DNA of 63,638 bases, the filler included, from Piedraia hortae CBS 480.64 (lineage: Eukaryota): NCBI GenBank assembly GCA_010093745.1. It is 5 parts of 5 records of this genome, joined end to end, with 100 filler letters (N's around TTAATTAATTAA, not from the genome) between each part and the next. Parts side by side here need not be neighbours in the genome. Positions count along the whole stretch, not along the records: positions 40,014 to 58,253 come from MU006066.1; positions 58,354 to 60,916 come from MU006076.1; positions 61,017 to 63,638 come from MU006084.1; 2 more parts are not named here. One strand, written 5' to 3'. Position 1 is the first letter of the stretch. Each line of letters starts with the position of its first letter. Under the pieces are notes generated by a model. It worked only from the letters and a program-made list of their open reading frames with translations. It was not told where the DNA came from and searched no databases. Of the stretch, positions 52,624 through 63,638 are shown piece by piece. Position numbers and translations under genes: made by a program.

Positions 52624-55003
52624 ATGCCTCGCTCCCGAGGTATGTAATCAGCGGATCTGCTAGTAAGCAACTAACGACGAACCAGTACTCTCGTTTATGA
52701 GCCAATGGGGCGCTCCAAACACCGAGAATGCATCTGCATCGCCCCCAACTAACACCCTCCTTAAAAAGCAATTCCGCCGCTCGTTGACCGGTTCTCCCTC
52801 ACCGCAACAAACGCCCGAACGGCCGGCGTCAAGTCCGCCCGAGACTCCCTCCCCATTGCTGTCCAGAGCGCGAGGCGGCAGCAGAGCACAGAAGCTCAAT
52901 GGCATGACCCAAAAGTCACCCCAACACGAGGCTGTCGAGGACACTCCGCCCGAGTTGCAGCCCATCTTTAGCTACCTCAACAGTCATAGCAACAAGCTGT
53001 ACCAAGAGGGTTATTTCCTGAAACTGCATGATTTGGATTCCAGAGGCCGTCCGAGCCCAGATCGATCTTGGGTCGAATGTTTTGCGCAATTGGTTGGCAC
53101 TGTTCTTTCTTTGTGGGACGCCGCCGCGCTGGATCGGGCTGGCCAAGAAGGGGAGGTCATGCCGACCTTTATAAATCTTAGCGATGCGAATATTCGAATG
53201 GTATGTTGAATGAAAATGATGGGAACGCTCTGACGTTTTAAGATTGAGTCGCTTCCAATGAGCGGCTCATCTAATCTGCAGAATGTGCTCATGGTCACCA
53301 CCGCGGCTAATAACCGCTACCTTTTGCACTTTAATTCTGTGAATTCTCTGACACAATGGACGGCCGGCATCCGTCTAGCCATGTTTGAAAACACTGCACT
53401 GCAGGAGGCATACACTGGCTCACTCCTGGCTGGAAAGGGAAAGGTGTTGAACAACATCAAAAACATCATGCAACGCTCCCGCTTCCCTCATGAAGATTGG
53501 GCCCGCGTGCGTTTCGGTGCCGGCACTCCTTGGAGACGTTGCTGGTGCGTAGTCACTCCGCCAAGCGAAAAGGAGTATGCCAAGGCGCAAAAGACTCTGA
53601 AGAAGAGCGCGTATGACCGCAAAGTGGTGATGCCCACGGGACATGTCAAGTTTTATGACACTCGTAAAGTGAACAAGAAGACGACGCCCATAGCCACCGT
53701 CACTGATGCCTATGCCGCTTACGCCATCTATCCTCAGAGCAAGCCGCTGATCAACCAGTCGACGTTGGTTAAGTTAGAGGGCTTGGTCACGATGCACGTC
53801 AGTAGCCATGTCCCAAACGAAGGCTACGTCTTTGTCATGCCAGAGGCGCATCCTGCTGTACCCGGCTTCGAGACGATGCTTCAATGGCTGTTTCCTGTTT
53901 TTGACACTTTCAATCTCTACGGTCGACCTATGAAGCTGATCGCGGATGTCTTGGATCCTAGGGGTCTCATGTTTGCCATGCCTCGTGATAAAAGATATGG
54001 ATATCTTGACACGCTCGACGTGATATCCCTCATTAACATGCCAGATTCGCAGAAGTGGACTGAGCGGCAGTGGCGGGTAGAACTCCGAAAACTGACGGCT
54101 CGCCGCATGCTCAGCTCGGCTGAGTCTCCGGCTCAGATGAACCTTTCTCGCCCTGGCCAGAGACGTAATACGACTCTCGCTAGGACGCCGGCGGCTGCTG
54201 CCCAGTTACACGAGGAAGGACGCAATTCCTCTCCTGCCTCACGAGCCAGTTCTTTCACCCATTCTAATCATCCGACTCTGCCGATACGCACGGCTCCCGG
54301 CCGTCCAAGTATCAGCCCACATAAGCGTTCGGTGTCTGATGCGCCGAGATACGTTAGAGAGCCAACAACCCCATCAGATATTTCCTACGAAACCGGCCCA
54401 GAAGACTATGGTGAAGATGACAGTAGGCCTCCAACGCCACCGCCTCACGGCGGAGTTTTAGCCAACGCAGGAGCTGCTGCTGCGACTGAGTTGGCGCCGC
54501 CTGAACCAGTCTCCTCCCCGCCCGCTTTCACCCACAGTCCAAACAGTCGTCCTTCCCTGCAACTGAATGTCGCCCCGGAGCTCCGTCGTGCACACTCAAA
54601 CGTTGACGCTGCGACTCTATACCAGATGCAGGACGCCATCCGCAAGCAATCTACTCCTCAGGAGGACCCTCACAGGCCAATCTCCCTTGATGTTGAGCAC
54701 AACCCACCGCGAATCTACGAGCATTCGCATTCCATTGCGGGTGTACCCGACTACTATAATCCTCCGGTTGAGGTGCATGGCGCGTCGGATGCGGGACAGC
54801 ATCGTCTACCGCCGATCCCAGGGTCGCCCTATATGGAGAGGGAGGACCTTGAGATGGCCAGCCCTCAACAGGTCGCTAATACGCAGCAACACCATATGAG
54901 GTATGATGAGCCGAGGCCACAAAGTGTTGCGTCCCCCGCTGGGAGCAGTAGGAGCGTCAAGCGGAAGCCGTTGCCGGGAAATTTGAATAGGGAACAGGGA
55001 TGA
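52624..55003 (+). CDS. PH-domain protein of the Skg3/Caf120 family (2 introns)
   Basis: MPRSR|VLSF start, KLYQEGYFLKL, QEAYTGSL, WARVRFGAGTPWRRCW, FDTFNLYGRP. Confidence 0.85.
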
Positions 55004-55310
55004 TGGACTGCGTATATAGGTAATTGTTAATGTTTTTTTTCCTTGTGTTTGTAGCTTTGGGAACTATCGTTCTCAGGGTCTTCGTTCAGTGTATCTACCG
55101 CTTTAATACTAGACTTTAACATTTTAAAAGCGGTATGTAGCAGTCTGTGCTCAGATTGTTTCAGCCGAGACGCGGCCGCCCCCGCCGCATCTGCAGGAAC
55201 GTTTGTCGACTGCAGCCGTTAAAACGTCGACAACGTCGGCTATTCACGGATCTGTCTGCCATAAAAGTCGTCCCAAGGCTGCTTTCGCCAAAAAAAAGAA
55301 ACCAGAAAAA

Positions 55311-56762
55311 ATGGCCGGAAAACTCTGGGGCGGTCGCTTCACCGGCGCTACTGACCCCATTATGACTCAGTATAATGAAAGCATCCACTTTGATCGGGCC
55401 TTTTATGCCCAAGATATCCGTGGCAGCATCGCCTACGCGCGGGCAAATCTCAAAGTAGGCCTTCTCACACAACACGAGTTCACCGAAATCGAGCGTGGGT
55501 TGAACCTCGTTCTGAAAGAATGGGAAAACAGAACCTTTGAGATTAAAGAAGGCGTAGATGAGGACATTCATACCGCCAATGAACGACGACTCGGTGAGCT
55601 CATCGGTGCTGAAATTGCAGGCAAGCTCCACGCAGGCAGGAGCCGCAACGACCAAGTCGTAACCGACATGCGGTACGCCCACCCCAATCGAACCCTCCCC
55701 TCTATCTAACCTCCCCTCAGAATGTGGCTCCGTGACCAATTCCTCCTCCTAGAAAAACACCTCACCACCCTCCTCCAAACCATCACCTCCCGCTCAGCGG
55801 CAGAAATCTCTATCCTAATGCCAGGGTATACGCACCTGCAACGCGCCCAGCCCATCCGCTGGAGCCACTGGCTACTCATGCATGGCAGCTTCTTCCTAAC
55901 GGACATCCAACGCCTCCGCGAAGTCTACACTCGCGTGAACCGTTCCCCCCTCGGTAGCGGCGCTCTAGCCGGAAACCCCTTTGGGATCTCCCGCGAATCG
56001 ATCTCCGCCGACCTCGGCTTTGGATCCGTCCTCCCCAACTCCCTTGCCGCCGTAAGTGACCGAGACTTCGTCCTCGAGACCCTCCAATGGGGCAGCCTCC
56101 TCATGTCACACATCTCCCGCTTCGCCGAAGACCTTATAATCTACTCCTCCGCTGAATTCGGCTTCATCAAACTCGCAGACGCGTACAGCACGGGCTCCTC
56201 TCTAATGCCTCAAAAGAAAAACCCCGACTCCCTCGAACTCCTCCGCGGAAAGTCCGGCCGCGCGTTTGGGCAACTTGCGGGACTGATTATGAGTATCAAA
56301 GGAATTCCGTCCACGTATAACAAAGATCTCCAGGAGTCGGTCGAGCCGCTACTCGATCATGTCAAGACTGTTTCTGACTCGTTGCAGATCGCGACGGGTG
56401 TGCTCGCTACGTTATCTGTGGATGCTGCTAGGATGCATGCTGCGCTCTCCCCAGAGATGTTAGCGACTGATCTGGCGGAGTATCTTGTCCATAAGGGGGT
56501 TCCCTTCCGCGAGACGCATCATGTTGCTGGACGTGTTGTTGCGCTGGCGGAGAAGAGAGGGGTAGCTATGGATAAACTTGGGGTGGAGGAGTTGAGGGAT
56601 GTGGATCCCAGGTTTGAGGATGATGTGCTGCGTGTGTTTGATTATGAGGCTAGTGTGGAGAGGAGAGATGTCACGGGTGGGACGAGTAGGGAGGCTGTAA
56701 AAAAGCAGATTGAGAGGTTGAAGAGGGAGGTTCGAGAGGGTGGTTTGAGTGAGAGGGTATAG
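55311..56762 (+). CDS. ARG4: Argininosuccinate lyase (1 intron)
   Basis: [45 protein letters not shown]. Confidence 0.97.
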
Positions 56763-57663
56763 GGGGGTGGGATAAATTTAGGTTGTAGAGGCAAGGTATG
56801 GGAGTGAAGTAGTTCTGAATGGGAAAGATGGTAGTCTCGATTGTTTGTCTATTCTGAGCCGAATGTGGAGCAGAGGTTATACACGGGTCAGGGGACGTCT
56901 CCCACTTTATTGACTTTTCCTTTCTCCCATCTTTGTTGGCATGAAAAGCTGCATGGGGAGATTCCTGCTTACTGTTTCTTTTTGGGATTTAATGGATTGT
57001 TTTAGGTAGAGGTAATTCGCAGCATCGAGGTGTTCGTGCGACCAACACTGGAGTCAATAATCTCTATCCAGATAAGCAGAGCCACTCTCACACCTTAGCT
57101 TCACTGTGAGTAACTCGGATCAAACAAATTATAAACTTACCATACGTCCCAGTCAGCGTTTTGGTTTGTAGGAAGACTCACAGCAAACCCGATGAAAGTA
57201 AACTGAGACGCTGACTGTTACTATCGCCATCCTTTCGAACTGATGAACATGTGTGACTCGATGATGTTTGTTGGGTTACAACTTGGCACGTTTTAAATTC
57301 ACACAACATCATACGAATGGCGCTTCGATCATTGCATAGTGCCGCGCATTGAGCGAGTTGGTTTGCGAGCATCTCCACCACCATTTCACTTATTGACGTA
57401 TTTTGTTGGCAGTTGGGACCCACGTCAATGTTGATCGCCAGACAGAATTCTTGACTCACTGCAACTATAAGATGTGAGGCGCACACGGTGGCGAAGCTCC
57501 GGGACGGGGCGTTCCGTCTTTTGGTGCAGTGCGACGACTGCAACCACCAAAACGGTCCAGCCCGAAATTCATCTGCTTTGGACGGCAAGACTCGTAAAGC
57601 CAGTACGGATTACGTAATATGAAGATTAGAGAGTATATTAATGGAGGTGGTCCAGGGTAACTC

Positions 57664-58122
57664 ATGAGAAGGGGGAACTTTGTGCACAAGACACCTTATG
57701 TTATTCTTGACAACCCATCCGAAGTACGAAAGGACCTTAACGAGTGGAACATTGCGGCAGTCAAACATGAAATCGCCATTTACAAGCGAATATGGCCTTA
57801 TCCAGGCCTTGTCGGTGGTTTCGAAATTGCGGAAGATTGCTTCGTCATCGACTACCTCCCACGGGGAAGCCTGGAATGTTCCAAGGAGGACAAAAACAAT
57901 CAACGGCCAAATGATAAGCAGATGCATGCATGGTACTTGGAGCTAGCTAAGACTTACTCCTATATCCACAAATGCAAAGTTTTTGTGGCTGACATCGCGG
58001 CACGTAATGTCCTTGTTGCTAATGATGACTCGCTCAAGGTCGTTGATTTCGGCACCTCTGACCTGTTCCCCGAAAACTGGGAGGGGCCTTTGCTCGGTGA
58101 CTGTGTGTCTTGGAAGAGGTAA
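57664..58122 (+). pseudogene. Truncated protein kinase-like fragment
   Basis: HEIAIYKR, YLPRGSL, VADIAARNVL, VDFG; ends before the later subdomains, with an LTR 30 nt downstream. Confidence 0.75.
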
Positions 58123-58151
58123 TGTAGAACTAAGGTTCAAGAGCGGCTCCT

Positions 58152-58253
58152 TGTTGTGAATATGCGGTATATTACGCGCATTATTAGTAACCGGCGCTCG
58201 GCTCTCGACTTCACGCGTCAACTAGTTTTCCGTAGAGATTTGTATGCAGGTAC
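58152..58253 (+). mobile_element. LTR family A, 5' 102 nt (runs into gap)
   Basis: Identical to the start of 15005-15128. Confidence 0.95.
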
Positions 58254-58353
58254 NNNNNNNNNNNNNNNNNNNNNNNNNNNNNNNNNNNNNNNNNNNNTTA
58301 ATTAATTAANNNNNNNNNNNNNNNNNNNNNNNNNNNNNNNNNNNNNNNNNNNN
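58254..58353. other. Artificial contig spacer
   Basis: 100 nt of N containing TTAATTAATTAA. Confidence 0.99.
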
Positions 58354-60288
58354 GATTGCCAGCGTGTGGCCACTAACATGACTAACGCGACGGATGTGCC
58401 AGAGAATTCCTCCTGCTTCTGGCGCCGCTCCTCTTCCGGAATATGGTGCCGTTTGAAAGTTTCACAATCTCGACTACACCCTTCATTAACCGCGAGAATG
58501 GCGCCAGTTTAATAATGTCCTTTACCATCAGGCTGAACTGATGGGCGTTGCATCCAATGGGATACATGGCGGGAAAATTGTGGACGACACTTTCGACCGC
58601 ACTCTTCATACTTGAGGCCGTGTCCGTGCAAATAGCGTCAATACGCTCCGGCCCAATCTCTTCGATGTCCTCGATCAACTTTGTGGCCAGATACGCACCG
58701 GTGTGCGAGTTGACCTCTGTTGCCACTGCCTTGTAAAAAAATGACTTTCCGTCTGGAGTGACCAGAACATAGTTGCTGAGGGGCTCGTTTCGTTGGTTGG
58801 TCCAGGAATCCGTTACCAGCGTCAGTCGTTTTCTCTTTTCCCCCTCGAACAGGATGTTGCTGACCCGTAATTTGAGCCTTTCGTACGAGGCATTGAGCAT
58901 GGGGCCAGCAAGCTGCTTACCATTTGGTAGGGAGTATTCAGGATTAAGCGAAGTGATCCAATCGCGGAACTTTGGATTGTCAAACAAGACGCAAGGGAGC
59001 CCCAGCTCGAACATGGTATCCGCTCCCTTTTGGTCTAGTATCAATTTGCGCTCATTGGTGAGCAGCTCAGCGGCGGGCTTAGATGCATCTGCTTCCAACG
59101 GAACGTCGACCGCTTCGCCAAACGCCGTCGTGGCGGTTCTTGTCTTCGATTCAAACTTCTTGGCATACATCCGTTGGAAAAATTGGTGCACGCTTGAATC
59201 AACGTGTTCGCATTCCTTGAATGGGCCATCATTCGCTTTCTGTTGTTGTTTGTTTATGACTGTGAGGAAAACTTGCAGGTCTCCGTGGGGTGTGGCACGT
59301 TTGGGACATCCCAGTAGTTGTACAACAGGCCTCTGTATGTTCGCATGATTGTTAAAGTCAGGAGAATTTGGTGTGAGGTGTGCGTCAAGAGTTGGATGAA
59401 AGCTTAGCTGAGCGAGGGAAATATGGGAAATTATATGGGAAAAGGGGGGCGTTAATACACCCATAATGTTGGGCTCAAGTTCGCGACTATCTATTGTTTG
59501 ATACTATTAACTCTGCTTGATGAAGATCGCCATGTATCTAACGAAAAGTTTGAGTCCTCTTTCTTAAACTTGAGTGGACCAGTGAGCGAAGCCTGGCGTG
59601 GTACATTGGAGTTTGCGCTTCTCGTTTGCGCACCGACGACATGGAGCTTATCAAGCCTCGTAGATGTCCGATCATGGCCATTGTGAGTATCGGTAACCAG
59701 AGAAATCTGTTCCTCTCTCACAAGTTCTGTTTATCGGCACCTGTGGATAAAACGTGGCGCAGTGCCATGTAATTTGCGCTTCAAGCTTTCGGCACGGCAC
59801 CACCAGTCTGAAGGCCATCACGTGTTCGAGAATGGCAATTGTGAGCATCGTTCACCAGAGAAGATACGCTCCTATCTCCAAGGTTTATCGGCAACTGTAG
59901 ATACAGTCGGGCGTAGCACCATGCAGTTTGCGCTTCACGCTTTCAGCACCGCCAATTTCGAGCTCATCACGGCCCGGCAACGTCTGATCATGACTGCCGC
60001 AAGCAAGCCTCAACAGAGGTGAGGTCAGATCCATGCCAGACACTAATCCCAAAAAGGCTTCGCGCCCAGCGCTCCCTTTTGGCACTAGCCAAGTTGGCTA
60101 GTTTAATCCAGCACGTGATCATTTCCAGTGAGAGACCTAAAGTAAATTTACAGGTGGTTAGCAGTAAATTTACGAATAATTTCATGTCTCATCACGTGAG
60201 CTATAAATTTACCGTAAATTGCCGATCCCTACGTAGGCCCTGAATCCTGACAGCGAGCTGTAAATTTACCGCAAATCGCCGATCCCTA
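58354..60288 (-). mobile_element. hAT DNA transposon, 5' half, frameshifted transposase (about 59346 to the gap)
   Basis: LVTDSWTN, ICTDTAS, CNAH and, after a frameshift, VATRWQ; degenerate BED finger; terminus TAGGGATCGGC on the minus strand. Confidence 0.9.
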
Positions 60289-60402
60289 CTTGTCGATGAC
60301 GGGCGCTACGGAGCGGCTGCTGCCGCCGGGCCGCAGTGGGGCCTGAGGCATCACTTGACTTAACAGTGAGCGGCCGAACACGCACATACTGGTGCAGCGA
60401 CA

Positions 60403-60767
60403 ATGCCAACGCCAGAGTCAGAATCATTCCGCGCCGCGAAGCCCAGCGTGGCGCCGACATTCGATGGGGTCGATTACGACGATGCCTCAGCGTTAAAAGC
60501 AGCGCGCGACGCCATAATCCGCGAGCAATGGGTCCAAAGCATGATGGCACGCCTACTCCGGGAGGAAATGGGAAAATGTTATTACCGTGAAGGTGTCAAT
60601 CATCTCGATAGATGCAAGAAGATAAGAGGTATCTTTTATTGGTGGCTGTCGAGGGTAGGGACGCTAACATATATGAAGAGGCATACATGGCACAGCTCCC
60701 ACACGCAAAGGTCAAGGGTTACCTGTTCGAGCAACAGAACCATTATAAAGATGGTCAGAGCGATTAG
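60403..60767 (+). CDS. NDUFB10: Complex I accessory subunit NDUFB10 (fungal 12-kDa subunit), 1 intron
   Basis: MPTPESE, IIREQWV...MMARL, KCYYREGVNHLDRC, KVKGYLFEQQN. Confidence 0.88.
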
Positions 60768-60916
60768 GCTAGTAGCTACGGGTATGGTATTCGCGCATCC
60801 ATTCTTTGACGAATTCCACTTCGGCATGTTGTGTGTCTTTTATCCTCTTTGGCGGGAGCGTGGACGTTGTCTCGTTAGGAAGACGTCCGTTTTCGTCCCA
60901 GTGGTGGACCGCCTTT

Positions 60917-61016
60917 NNNNNNNNNNNNNNNNNNNNNNNNNNNNNNNNNNNNNNNNNNNNTTAATTAATTAANNNNNNNNNNNNNNNNNNNNNNNNNNNN
61001 NNNNNNNNNNNNNNNN
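60917..61016. other. Artificial contig spacer
   Basis: 100 nt of N containing TTAATTAATTAA. Confidence 0.99.
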
Positions 61017-61080
61017 CGTGAAGTCGAGAGCCGAGCGACGGTTACTAATAATGCGCGTAATATACCGCATATTCACAACA
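61017..61080 (-). mobile_element. LTR family A, 5' 64 nt
   Basis: Reverse complement of the LTR A start, ending ...TTCACAACA. Confidence 0.95.
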
Positions 61081-61244
61081 CCAACCAACCCCGCTACCCG
61101 CCCCAAGCTATCGCTGCACCCCGCTCATCAAGCTCCAGCAGTGACGCTCCGACCACGCCGGTAGGGACGCTGCGCACCACATGCCCACATCAGTAGGGAC
61201 GTTCCGCTCCGCCCACCCCACCCGCCCTGTAGACCCCCTCCGCT

Positions 61245-61790
61245 ATGACAAATCCCATCCTCCCCTCCATGGCGGCACACACCGCCCCTCTCCCACCAAC
61301 ACCCGTCAAGCGGGCCGCCATCCCTCCCAAGCAGGAGACCACAAACAATGCCGACGATCCCACCGACCTCCCCCCCTTCGACTGGGACGATTTGCGTCGT
61401 AGATTCGCTGCGGCGATGCAAGACGCTGAGGATCGAGAAGGGAAGCTGATGAACGAACTAAACGAACTATTTGCGGTGAGTTGATCGACGCTTTGACAAC
61501 GGGTAGGGGCTGATGGGGGAGTATTTCGCTGTTTGGGCGGGTTCGGCGCGAGGACATGAAGCCCACCGGGGGGTTAGGAGGTATGTTGTACCCTATGGTG
61601 GATTTGGGGTGGGCTGATTGTGTAGGTTGAATACGCAGATGCGATTTGTGCAGAACGAGGAGGAGGAGCTGGGGAGGAAGAGGGATCATTGTATGGGATT
61701 TGGGACTTTTTCTGCGGTGGATTGCTAATGATTCTAGATATCAAAGTCGTGGAAGCGTTTAAGAGCGCGTTGGAGTTGTTGGGCGAATGA
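61245..61790 (+). CDS. Fungal coiled-coil hypothetical protein (3 introns)
   Basis: Exons join to PFDWDDLRRRF...|YFAVWA...R|LNTQMRFVQNEE...H|YIKVVEAFKSALELL*; GT donors with CTRAY branch sites. Confidence 0.75.
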
Positions 61791-61792
61791 GT

Positions 61793-62848
61793 TTACAGTA
61801 GCGGGTTTTGTTTATATTCCGGCGCGTTATCGTCGCCTTTTTTAGCTTCCGTTGTTCCTGGCACGTCGACGTCTTCTTGCTCCGCGAGCCACTTTTCTGC
61901 TTCGAGGGCTGCCATGCAGCCTGACCCTGCCGAGGTTACGGCCTGGCGGTACTTCTTGTCCTGCACGTCGCCGGCTGCGAAGACGCCGGGGATGTTGGTT
62001 TCTGTGGTTCCAGGGGTGGTGATGAGGTAGCCGTCTTCGTCCATATTTAGCTGGCCTTTGAAGAGATGCGTCGCTGGTTCGTGGCCTACTGCGTAGAATA
62101 ATCCGTTGGCTTCGACTTCCTCCATCTGTCCTGTTTTGTTGTCTTTGATCATTAGGCTGGTCATGAGGCCTCGGGGGCCGTCGCCGCCTTTGATTTCTAC
62201 GGGAGAGGTGTTGTACTTGATCTCTACTTTTGGGTTGTTGGAGAGCCGTCTGATGTTGGCTTTGCTGGCGCGCATAACGTCCCTTCGCACCAGGACCGTG
62301 ACTTTGGATGCCTTCTTCGTAAGATATGTAGCTTCTTCAACCGCGCTGTCGCCGCCTCCAACAACCACAAGCGGCTTCTCTCTGAATATCGGCAGAGACC
62401 CATCGCACACGGCGCATGCCGACACACCTTTGCCCCAGTACTGGTCCTCACCCGGCAGCTCCAATCTCCGCGCCTTCGCACCCGTCGCAATGATGATGCT
62501 ATCAGCCGTATGCACCTCCTCTTCGAGCTCCACCTCCTCGCCCATCTCATGCAGCCAGTACCTAAACGGCCTCTGGGAGAGATCGACCTTCCCCACCGTC
62601 TGAGAAACAATCTCGGTCCCGCACGCCTTGGACTGCGCACGCATCTGATCCATCAATTCTCCCCCCTTAATCATCATAAACCCCGGGAAATTTTCCACCT
62701 CGTCCGTCGTCGTGAGCTGTCCACCCGCCGCGATCCCCAGCGCCAGGAAACCCTCATACATGACCGGCTTCAAATCCGCCCTCGCAGCGTAAATCGCCGC
62801 CGTATGGCCGGCTGGCCCAGACCCAATAATCACGACTTTGCTATGCAT
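61793..62848 (-). CDS. TRR1: Thioredoxin reductase
   Basis: MHSKVVIIGSGPAG, GGQLTTT, CAVC, GGGDSA, AAGDVQD; intronless. Confidence 0.97.
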   Translation of the reverse strand: MHSKVVIIGSGPAGHTAAIYAARADLKPVMYEGFLALGIAAGGQLTTTDEVENFPGFMMIKGGELMDQMRAQSKACGTEIVSQTVGKVDLSQRPFRYWLHEMGEEVELEEEVHTADSIIIATGAKARRLELPGEDQYWGKGVSACAVCDGSLPIFREKPLVVVGGGDSAVEEATYLTKKASKVTVLVRRDVMRASKANIRRLSNNPKVEIKYNTSPVEIKGGDGPRGLMTSLMIKDNKTGQMEEVEANGLFYAVGHEPATHLFKGQLNMDEDGYLITTPGTTETNIPGVFAAGDVQDKKYRQAVTSAGSGCMAALEAEKWLAEQEDVDVPGTTEAKKGDDNAPEYKQNPLL

Positions 62849-63036
62849 CTTGCGCGCAATCCTACCCTCGCTCGACGGCCGCGAAAACGAAGCTGCAGCA
62901 ACGGGCACAATTCCAAGTCGAAGTGAAGAAAGGCGAGCGCCTCGGAAAGCTGCTTGAGAAAACACTTTGACGATTGTTGCTGTTTTTCTAATCTGTTGGG
63001 ACGCCACATGTGAAAGGGAAGCAATGACGTCATCTA

Positions 63037-63555
63037 CTACATTTCGCCGCACTGGGCGATCAGGACGGGGAGCGAGGGCGCATCGTCCTTGTTTGTTCGC
63101 GTCCCTTCGATTTTTTTTACGACGTCCATTCCCGATACGACTTTACCGAACACGACGTGTTTTCCGTCGAGGAAGGGGGTGGGCTGGCAGGTGATGAAGA
63201 ATTGGCAGCCGTTGGTATGCCGGCCGGAGTTGGCCATCGAGAGGAGGCCCGGCGTGTCGTGTTTTTTGGTAAAGTTTTCGTCGGGGAAATACTTTGTGCC
63301 GTAGATGCTGATGGAGCCGGTGCCGTTGCCGTTGAGGAAGTCCCCGCCTTGGATCATGAAGTCTTTGATGACGCGGTGGATGCGCGCGCCTTTGTAGCCT
63401 TGCGGCTGCCCGCGGCTGTCTTTGGACTCGCCCGTGCAGAATTGGCGGAAGTTTTCGGCGGTGCGTGGGGTTGTGTCGTGGAAGAGTTCCATTTTGATTC
63501 GGCCTAGTGGCTCGCCGCCCAGGGTGACGTCGAAGAAGACGATGGGGTTGGGCAT
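63037..63555 (-). CDS. PPIH: Peptidyl-prolyl isomerase H (U4/U6 snRNP cyclophilin)
   Basis: [55 protein letters not shown]; intronless. Confidence 0.9.
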   Translation of the reverse strand: MPNPIVFFDVTLGGEPLGRIKMELFHDTTPRTAENFRQFCTGESKDSRGQPQGYKGARIHRVIKDFMIQGGDFLNGNGTGSISIYGTKYFPDENFTKKHDTPGLLSMANSGRHTNGCQFFITCQPTPFLDGKHVVFGKVVSGMDVVKKIEGTRTNKDDAPSLPVLIAQCGEM

Positions 63556-63557
63556 TG

Positions 63558-63638
63558 TGTTGTGAATATGCGGTATATTACGCGCATTATTAGTAACCGT
63601 CGCTCGGCTCTCGACTTCACGCGTCAACTAGTTTTCCG
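63558..63638 (+). mobile_element. LTR family A, 5' 81 nt (runs off window)
   Basis: TGTTGTGAATATGCGG... begins 2 nt from the cyclophilin ATG. Confidence 0.95.

Overview
Eukaryotic DNA from a compact, intron-poor filamentous ascomycete (Pezizomycotina-type genes and splice signals; species not determinable from the sequence). The window is five contigs joined by artificial 100-nt N spacers containing TTAATTAATTAA (20910-21009, 39914-40013, 58254-58353, 60917-61016), so adjacency across spacers is unproven. Dense housekeeping blocks (GAPDH, PFK26, FEX, RNase H1, delta-12 desaturase, COX5, tRNA-Asp, CWC21, GYP7, an SDR, SNU114, ERG10, ARG4, NDUFB10, TRR1, cyclophilin H) alternate with transposon and pseudogene graveyards (Tc1, CACTA/Plavaka-like and hAT remnants, two NACHT-WD40 NLR pseudogenes, a kinase fragment). 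The main signal is a young Ty1/copia family seen 11 times. It has a 124-bp LTR that ends TG...TA instead of TG...CA. Two distinct copies share a deletion that joins integrase directly to the tail of RNase H with no reverse transcriptase. Several insertions sit just upstream of host start codons, one only 2 nt from an ATG. A second, 246-bp LTR-like repeat forms an inverted pair. Candidate non-AUG mitochondrial presequences, unusual splice acceptors and abrupt C-rich/G-rich strand switches are also noted. Protein assignments come from motif recognition; no searches were run.
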